From Octopus bimaculoides (taxonomy: Eukaryota): 54,221 bases of DNA. Positions 46,523-54,221 of the stretch are shown piece by piece. Where the stretch lies: NCBI RefSeq assembly GCF_001194135.2, contig NC_068985.1:63937301-63991521 (forward strand). Direction: 5' to 3'. Every line of letters begins with the position of its first letter. Positions within the stretch are counted from its first letter, which is position 1. Both the position numbers and the translations under genes were made by a program. The notes below the pieces were generated by a model. The model made no database searches. It was not told the origin of the DNA and worked only from the letters and a program-made list of their open reading frames with translations.

Positions 46523-47815
46523 AATACTAGCAAATCTACCCATCTACAAAGGAGGCATAAAATGATGGAGGGAAGTCATAACAGCAGTATGTATTGAGAA
46601 ATGTGTAAATGGACTTTTTAGATTACTGGGTGATGTCTTGGGAAAATCACATTATTGTAGGTGATACAGCATTCTATTGCAACTATATGACATGTTTGCG
46701 ACTAAGTGACATGTGATAACGTTTCACTCCCGAACTGAAATAGGCGCCCAGCCTCGGTATCATGAATGGTTATATGGACCACTCCTAATGAAAGCCAGAC
46801 CTTACTTCGATCACTACATACAAAGTATTAAGAAAAAATGCTTTTTAGATATATCTTTATTTTAGTTGTTTACACTATTTTATGCTTGTTTATACTCTTA
46901 TACATTCAATGTTCATAAATTTCCTTATTTAAATTATGAATCATATTCCTTTCAATAATATCAATATGATTACAAAACTTCTTTGTAGACAATAGTTTCT
47001 ATTCAGTCAACACTAAATTTCAAATTACTAGAGTCCATTGCTCTACTCAGAGCAACGTATAACTGGCCATGTGTAAACATCAGAGTGGGTAAAAATACAC
47101 CTACACGATCTAAAGTTTGGCCCTGTGCCTTGTTTGCTGTGAATGCACAAGCGGAATTTTTAAGAATCTGGCCATCTACAATGGGAAATAAAGGGATAGT
47201 ATCGCAAATCTAAGCCCTCTAAATTCACGAACTGTATGGGTGGGGGGAAATCCAGAGTTAATCCTAATCGCTGGAATTTTAACAAAAAAATCAAAGGTGA
47301 TTTATTAATAGAAAACTCAATATCCAGAAAATAATCATACTTTTTCACATTTTATTTGCTAAAAATCTTCATGATTACCTCCTTTGTAATCCCGGAAAAC
47401 ATTGTGACCATTAGTCCAGCCGTTTGACCATGAAAAGGGAACAGATGGAGATACTGCCCATTATAGTAAGATTTGCATGAACTTACATGGTGTAATTCAG
47501 TGGAGAAGAATAAAATATTTGTTCACTGTTTGGATGCTGTATCAGCTGTGCATGCAGTATGATTAAAAGCAAGCTGACTTACTTTCCTTTGCTTCTTTTA
47601 TTAGTTATCTCCCTGTTAATTTTTATTTACTTCTTTTATGCCCATAAACTGAACAATTACCCTCAATATCCACTAAATAATCATACTTTTTCAAATTTTT
47701 TCTGCAAAAAACCTTCCTGATTACCTCCTTCATAATCCCGGAAGACATTGAGACCATTGGTCTAGCTGTTTGACCATGAAATAGGAACAGACATTATAGT
47801 AAGATTATTATTATT
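46523..47815 (+). mobile_element. Helentron/HINE-like non-autonomous element(s) with a duplicated 3' end
   Basis: Starts TACTAGCA. Two similar end blocks (47330-47473 and 47677-47806): TAATCATACTTTTTC...GATTACCTCC...GACCATGAAA...GAACAGA...ATTATAGTAAGATT. Confidence 0.55.
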
Positions 47816-49244
47816 CATTCAATTATATAAGACATTCAACTGTCATGAAGCTTCAACAGTAAGTTTTGACAAAAGTCAGTACCATGTCTGCTGTGCGACT
47901 ACAATACATTGTTGAGAGTCATCATCAATGGCCTTATTTTCAAATCCTGTATAAACAACTTCACTAGCTCTGCTAATTATTGCTTTCATGAGGATGGGAG
48001 GCACCTGGTTTGTTATGAGTTTTTGTCTTGTTTTTTGTGAAAACCTGAATGAATGCCAAAATTTCTAAACTTTCCCAGTTCTATACTTAATTATCAAAAT
48101 AACTGTACATGTTTGAAAGAAATATTTTAATCTATAAAATTCTATTCCCAGAAATGTTAAAACCATGGTCAAACATTGAGAAAAAACAATATGCATAATC
48201 TCCTTATCATTGCAACTTTCAAATTCAATTTCTTTTTTCTTCGGGGATGGGGAATGGTCTGCAGTTATTTTTCTTAACAAGATGCAATGTCAACTATTGA
48301 ACCAAAAACTGTTTTAAAGTTAACAAAAAAAAAAAAACAGCCTCAAAAGCCACTCACTCATCACTAATTTATTTGCTATTAAGTTATAGCTATCCTACTA
48401 CCATATATTTACAAGGATCTCACAAATGCCTGACTATTATTGATCTTCTGCAACAGCTGATTACATGTAATCAATATCTCAACAAAAATTATAGCAGAAC
48501 AACAAACCATAAAGAGAGAATGATGTTAGAGAAGGGTTGGTAGTGAAAGGAATATTTACCAAGTTTTGAGAAGATCATTTTTAGTAAGAGAGGAAAGGGG
48601 GATACAAAATGAAATACAAACAAATAAAATAAAACAAATTCCAGTTAATATTCTTCAACTTGCTTTACTACTTCTTAGAACAAACCAGAGAGATGGAAGT
48701 AAACCACAGTGGAGAGTTACTGACAGTTTTTTTAGTTTGGGAAGAAGTTGTCAAATAAAACTGCTGCTCGAAAAACACAAAAGCAGGAAAACCAGAAAGT
48801 AAAGCAGAAACCATAGAGCAAATATCCCCGAAAAGATGCGTCCTTTACATAAAGCAAGCTATAGATTTCACAGAAAAAGTTTTCAGTTTCAAACCATAAC
48901 CATTGACTACCCAATTATACATCTGGTAGAAGCCTAAAAGGACACACATACACACTTCCACACAGCACACACTTGTTACATCTGCTTTGAATATGTTAAA
49001 TATTTGCTAAAGGAAGACAGTGTTTTCTGTTTCCTCACACAAGTCATTCTCAATGTTATCATTATCCCCATCATCTGAATACACAGGAATTCTTGAAAGA
49101 AAGTTTCTAGCAAATACCATTCCTGAAAAAATATACACTCAAACAAGCCACCAAACAAAATTTTAAATTTACTACTTTAACATAGGAACTTCATTCATCT
49201 CTCTAAACATATGTGTGTTTATATACATGTACACATACACACAC

Positions 49245-49425
49245 ACATATATCCGCTAGGCTACATTCAGTTCCCATCTACCAAATCCACATACAAGGCT
49301 TTGGTCGGCTGGACGCTATAGTACAAGACAGTTGCACAAGGTGCCACACAGTGTGACTCAACCCAGAACCATGTGGTTGGTAAGCAAGTTACTTACTACA
49401 CAGCCACTCTTGCATGTATAGACAG
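49245..49425 (-). mobile_element. Head half of the tRNA/CORE-like SINE
   Basis: CTACCAAATCCAC...GCACAAGGTGCCAC...AACCATGTGGTTGGTAAGCAAGTTACTTACTACACAGCCACTC. Confidence 0.8.
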
Positions 49426-49452
49426 ATATATAAAAATATGCATATAAATATA

Positions 49453-49459
<7 letters not shown>

Positions 49460-49513
<54 letters not shown>

Positions 49514-49514
49514 T
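49460..49514. repeat. (AAT)n microsatellite
   Basis: About 18 units, read directly. Confidence 0.95.
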
Positions 49515-49646
49515 TAGGGATAAAAATCCAAAATTACAGGTAAAAACTCAATTAAAATCAATTTATTAAAAATTAAAATTAAATTACGTTTCACAGTATA
49601 AAATATATATATATCTATTTAGTTCTTTTCGCTAAAACTATATATA

Positions 49647-49681
<35 letters not shown>

Positions 49682-50331
49682 GTATTTGCGTTTGGCCGTA
49701 CGGCTTTTGAATGTTGTTTTCACTGTCCATTTTTTCCTGTCTTGGTTTGTGTTTGCCACCTTGGAATCCTCTGTGTAGTGGGTTGATCCACTACTCAGGA
49801 AGAGACTATTCTAGAGTACGTTCTGTCTTGTCTTCGAAGCGTCTGGGTGGAGTGGGGGCGGCTGATGGGGGGATGTTCCGGGTGGCTTTCCGTTTTCCTG
49901 TGTGTTCGTTCCGTTGTCTGTGGTTTGTTGTTCTGGCGTCCTGTGCCCTGATGTGCATGTGTATGCGCGTGTAGATATGAGTATGTACATATGTGTGTGT
50001 ATGCATGTATGTATATTCTGTAATTGCTGAAGTGTGTATGTGTGTCTTTTTAGGCATCTACCAGATGTATAATTGGGTAGTCAATGGTTATGGTTTGAAA
50101 CTGAAAACTTTTTCTGTGAAATCTATAGCTTGCTTTATGTAAAGGACACATCTTTTCGGGGATATTTGCTCTACGGTTTCTGCTTTACTTTCTGGTTTTC
50201 CTGCTTATGTGTTTTTCGAGCAGCAGTTTTATTTGGCAACTTCTTCCCAAACTAAAAAAACTGTCAGTGACTCTCCACTGTGGTTTACTTCTATCTCTCT
50301 GGTTTGTCCTAAGAAGTAGACATATATAGAC

Positions 50332-50406
<75 letters not shown>

Positions 50407-51521
50407 ACACACACACACATATATATATATAGACATATATATATATATAAACACACACAAATATATACATTTATATGTATATATATACACATACACGTAT
50501 ATATATATATATATATATATANNNNNNNNNNNNNNNNNNNNNNNNNNNNNNNNNNNNNNNNNNNNNNNNNNNNNNNNNNNNNNNNNNNNNNNNNNNNNNN
50601 NNNNNNNNNNNNNNNNNNNNNNNNNNNNNNNNNNNNNNNNNNNNNNNNNNNNNNNNNNNNNNNNNNNNNNNNNNNNNNNNNNNNNNNNNNNNNNNNNNNN
50701 NNNNNNNNNNNNNNNNNNNNNNNNNNNNNNNNNNNNNNNNNNNNNNNNNNNNNNNNNNNNNNNNNNNNNNNNNNNNNNNNNNNNNNNNNNNNNNNNNNNN
50801 NNNNNNNNNNNNNNNNNNNNNNNNNNNNNNNNNNNNNNNNNNNNNNNNNNNNNNNNNNNNNNNNNNNNNNNNNNNNNNNNNNNNNNNNNNNNNNNNNNNN
50901 NNNNNNNNNNNNNNNNNNNNNNNNNNNNNNNNNNNNNNNNNNNNNNNNNNNNNNNNNNNNNNNNNNNNNNNNNNNNNNNNNNNNNNNNNNNNNNNNNNNN
51001 NNNNNNNNNNNNNNNNNNNNNNNNNNNNNNNNNNNNNNNNNNNNNNNNNNNNNNNNNNNNNNNNNNNNNNNNNNNNNNNNNNNNNNNNNNNNNNNNNNNN
51101 NNNNNNNNNNNNNNNNNNNNNNNNNNNNNNNNNNNNNNNNNNNNNNNNNNNNNNNNNNNNNNNNNNNNNNNNNNNNNNNNNNNNNNNNNNNNNNNNNNNN
51201 NNNNNNNNNNNNNNNNNNNNNNNNNNNNNNNNNNNNNNNNNNNNNNNNNNNNNNNNNNNNNNNNNNNNNNNNNNNNNNNNNNNNNNNNNNNNNNNNNNNN
51301 NNNNNNNNNNNNNNNNNNNNNNNNNNNNNNNNNNNNNNNNNNNNNNNNNNNNNNNNNNNNNNNNNNNNNNNNNNNNNNNNNNNNNNNNNNNNNNNNNNNN
51401 NNNNNNNNNNNNNNNNNNNNNNNNNNNNNNNNNNNNNNNNNNNNNNNNNNNNNNNNNNNNNNNNNNNNNNNNNNNNNNNNNNNNNNNNNNNNNNNNNNNN
51501 NNNNNNNNAGATAGATAGAGA

Positions 51522-51561
<40 letters not shown>

Positions 51562-51752
51562 AATATATATATACATATATAGAAACATATATATATATAG
51601 ACATATGTATAATATAGGCATACGTATACATAGACATATATGAGTATATAAAGACATATATATATACATATATATATGTGTGACACATATATATATATGT
51701 CGATATATATATATACACAGAGAGAGAGAGATAGAGAGAGAGAGAGAGGGAC

Positions 51753-52165
51753 AGGCGCAGGAGTGGCTGTGTGGTAAGTAACTTGCTTACCAACCACATG
51801 GTTCTAGGTTCAGTCCCACTGCGTGGCACCTTGAGCAAGTGTCTTCTACTATAGCCTCGGGCCAACCAAAGCCTTCTGAGTGGATTTGGAAGACGGAAAC
51901 TGAAAGAAGCCTGTCGTATATATGTATATATATATATGTATGTATGTGTGTGTATGTGTCTGTGTGTCAGTCTTTGTCCCCCCCCCCCAACATCGCTTGA
52001 CAACCGATGCTGGTGTCTTTATGTCCCCGTAGCTTAGCGGTTCAGCAAGAGAGACCGATAAAATAAGTACTAGGCTTACAAAGAATAAGTCCTGGGGTCG
52101 ATTTGCTCGACTAAAGGCGGTGCTCCAGCATGGCCGCAGTCAAATGACTGAAACAAGTAAAAGAG
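51753..52165 (+). mobile_element. Full-length tRNA-derived SINE (CORE-like) with internal microsatellite
   Basis: A-box TGGCTGTGTGG at 51764-51774, B-box GGTTCAGTCCC at 51807-51817, GGCACCTTGAGCAAGTGTC, internal TA/TG tract, tail GACTGAAACAAGTAAAAGAG into (TA)n. Confidence 0.9.
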
Positions 52166-52259
52166 TATATATATATATATATATAGACATATGTATAATA
52201 TAGGCATATGTATATATAGTCATATATGTGTATATATATATATAGACATATATATATAT

Positions 52260-53815
52260 ATATCATCATCATCATCGTTTAACGTCCGCTTTCCATGCTA
52301 GCATGGGTTGGACGATTTGACTGAGGACTGGTGAAACCAGATGGCTACACCAGGCTCCAATCTGATTTGNNNNNNNNNNGACGATTTGACTGAGGACTGG
52401 TGAAACCAGATGGCTACACCAGGCTCCAATCTGATTTGGCAGAGTTTCTACAGCTGGATGCCCTTCCTAACGCCAACCACTCAGAGAGTGTAGTGAGTGA
52501 TTTACTGGTACTGGTGCCATCACGATTTCACTTTCGCTTGCCTCAACAGGTCTTCGCAAGCCGAGTTTAGTGTTCAATGAAGACGTTGGCATGGGTGCCA
52601 GTCTACAAATTTAGTTCGATTTCGATTTCACTTGCCTCAACAGGTCTTCGCAAGCGGAGTTTAGTGTCCAAAGAAGGAATGTTATGCATAGCTGGGCTGG
52701 CTACATCCCAGGAAAAGGCCTTGGATTTTAGTCTATCCCTGGCAGAAGCATAGGCCATGGGTTATGGACTCACTTGGCTTGCCGGGTCTTCTCACGCACA
52801 ACATATTTCCAAAGGTCTCAGTCAGAAGTCATTGCCTCAGTGAGGCCTAAATTTCGGAGGTCGTGCTTCACCACCTCATCCCAGGTCTTCCTGGGCCTGC
52901 CTCTTCCACAGATTCCCTCAACTGCTAGGGTGCGGCACTTTTTCACACAGCTATCCTCATCCATTCTCGTCACATGTCCATACCAGCACAATCGTCTCTC
53001 TTGCAGACCAAAACTGATGCTTCTTAGGTTCAACTTTTCTCTCAAGATACTTACACTCTGTCAGATATGCACACTGACATTACTCATCCATCGGAGCATA
53101 CTGGCTTCATTCCTTACGAGCTTACACATGTCCTCAGCAGTCAAGGCCCATGTTTCACTGCCATATAGCATGGCTTTTCGTACACATGCCTCATACAGTC
53201 TGCCTTTTACTCTGAGCGAGAGGCCCTTTGTCGCCAGCAGAGGTAAGAGCTCTCTGAACTTTGCCCAAGCTATTCTTATTCTAGTAGCTACACTTTCATC
53301 GCACCCACCCCCACTACTAACTTGGTTGTCCAGACAGCGGAAGCTATCAACTACCTCTATTTTTCTCCCTGGAATGTAGCAGAAGTTGTTTTCTGCATAT
53401 TTTCAGTGTTTATTGCACCTGAACATCTGCTACAAACAAAACTAACTTCCTAGTTAACCTTCCTTTGATATTGCTGCACCTCTTATGTGTCCATAGCTTA
53501 CACTGGGTACACCTTATGGAGTTTCTACCTACACCTTTTCTACAGATCGAGCAGGGCCATCTACCTGAAGGGGTCTGTGTTTTGTCTACCTTCCTACTTA
53601 TTAGAACTTTGGTTTTAGCTAAGTTGAACCCAAGGCCCTTCGATTCTAGTCCCTGCTTCCACACCTGAAACTTCTCCTCTAGTTCTGATAGTGATTCAGC
53701 AATTACGGCAAGGTCATCAGCATAGAGGAGCTCCCAGGGGCATCCTGTCTTGAAATCCTCTCTTATCGCCTGGAGGACAATGATAAATAGGAGGGGGCTG
53801 AGGACAGAACCTTGG
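52260..53815 (-). mobile_element. RTE LINE 3' half with tail, young-looking
   Basis: WKQGLESKGLGFNLAKTK...CTQCKLWTHKRC; REKLNLRSI...WYGHVTRMDEDSCVKKC...RGRPRKTWDEVVKHDL; (CAT)n tail at 52262-52275. Confidence 0.92.
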
Positions 53816-53864
53816 TGGTCACATATATCTATGTAACATATATATGTCTATATATATATATAGA

Positions 53865-54221
53865 CATAGGAGTGGCTGTGTGGTAAGTAGCTTGCTTACA
53901 AACCACATGGTTCTGGGATCAAATCCACTGCGTGGCATCTTGGGCAAGTGTCTTCTACTATAGCCTTGGACCGACCAAAGCCTTGCGAGTGGATTTGGTA
54001 GACAGAAACTAAAAGAAGCCCGTCGTATATATGTATATATATGTATATATGTGTGTTTGTCCCCCCACCATCGCTTGACAACTGATGCTGGTGTGTTTAC
54101 GTCCCCGTAACTTAGCGGTTTGGCAAAGAAAGAGACCGATAGAATAAGTACTAGGCTTACAAAGAATAAGTCCTGGGGTCGATTTTCTCGACTAAAGGAG
54201 GTGCTCCAGCATGGCCGCAGT
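53865..54221 (+). mobile_element. tRNA/CORE-like SINE running off the window end
   Basis: GGAGTGGCTGTGTGGTAAG...GGCATCTTGGGCAAGTGTC...GCTCCAGCATGGCCGCAGT. Confidence 0.9.

Larger units (their letters stand above)
48668..50319. repeat. 291-bp inverted duplication (48668-48958 vs 50029-50319)
   Basis: Direct comparison gives 9 substitutions in 291 bp and no indels. Confidence 0.92.

Noticed and set aside
50185-52003. Long ORFs (347-522 aa), and likewise those spanning the gaps at 15488-16222, 21012-21365 and 24939-25914
   Set aside because: They consist of N gaps and dinucleotide repeats.
52300-52440. Direct repeat of an RTE tail segment
   Set aside because: Identical sequence either side of a 10-N gap; assembly artefact.

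Overview
Eukaryotic, AT-rich, repeat-dominated DNA with six N gaps. The repeat content (RTE LINEs with GAT-repeat tails, tRNA-headed SINEs, abundant TA/TG/GA/TAA microsatellites) strongly suggests an Octopus draft assembly (inference). Most of the supplied ORFs are fragments of decayed transposons or noise. Recognisable elements: about eight RTE-clade LINE copies, two Penelope-like element (PLE) remnants (RT; GIY-YIG), an R4/Dong-type restriction-like-endonuclease LINE tail inside TAA repeats, two mariners, a long-TIR Tc1, a Chapaev3-like left end, Helitron/Helentron-type pieces, piggyBac- and hAT-type MITEs, and several SINE families. No complete host gene is visible, but short spliced exons at 17346-17438 and 18213-18288 (+) join in frame and look like the 3' end of an unidentified gene. 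The most striking object is 39692-40204: a 513-bp head-to-head palindrome bounded by an exact 12-bp target-site duplication. Each arm is a tRNA-derived Pol III head, a TAA tract and a PLE-type minimal hammerhead ribozyme motif, i.e. a candidate Penelope-mobilised, ribozyme-bearing SINE. All family names come from motif recognition, without database searches.
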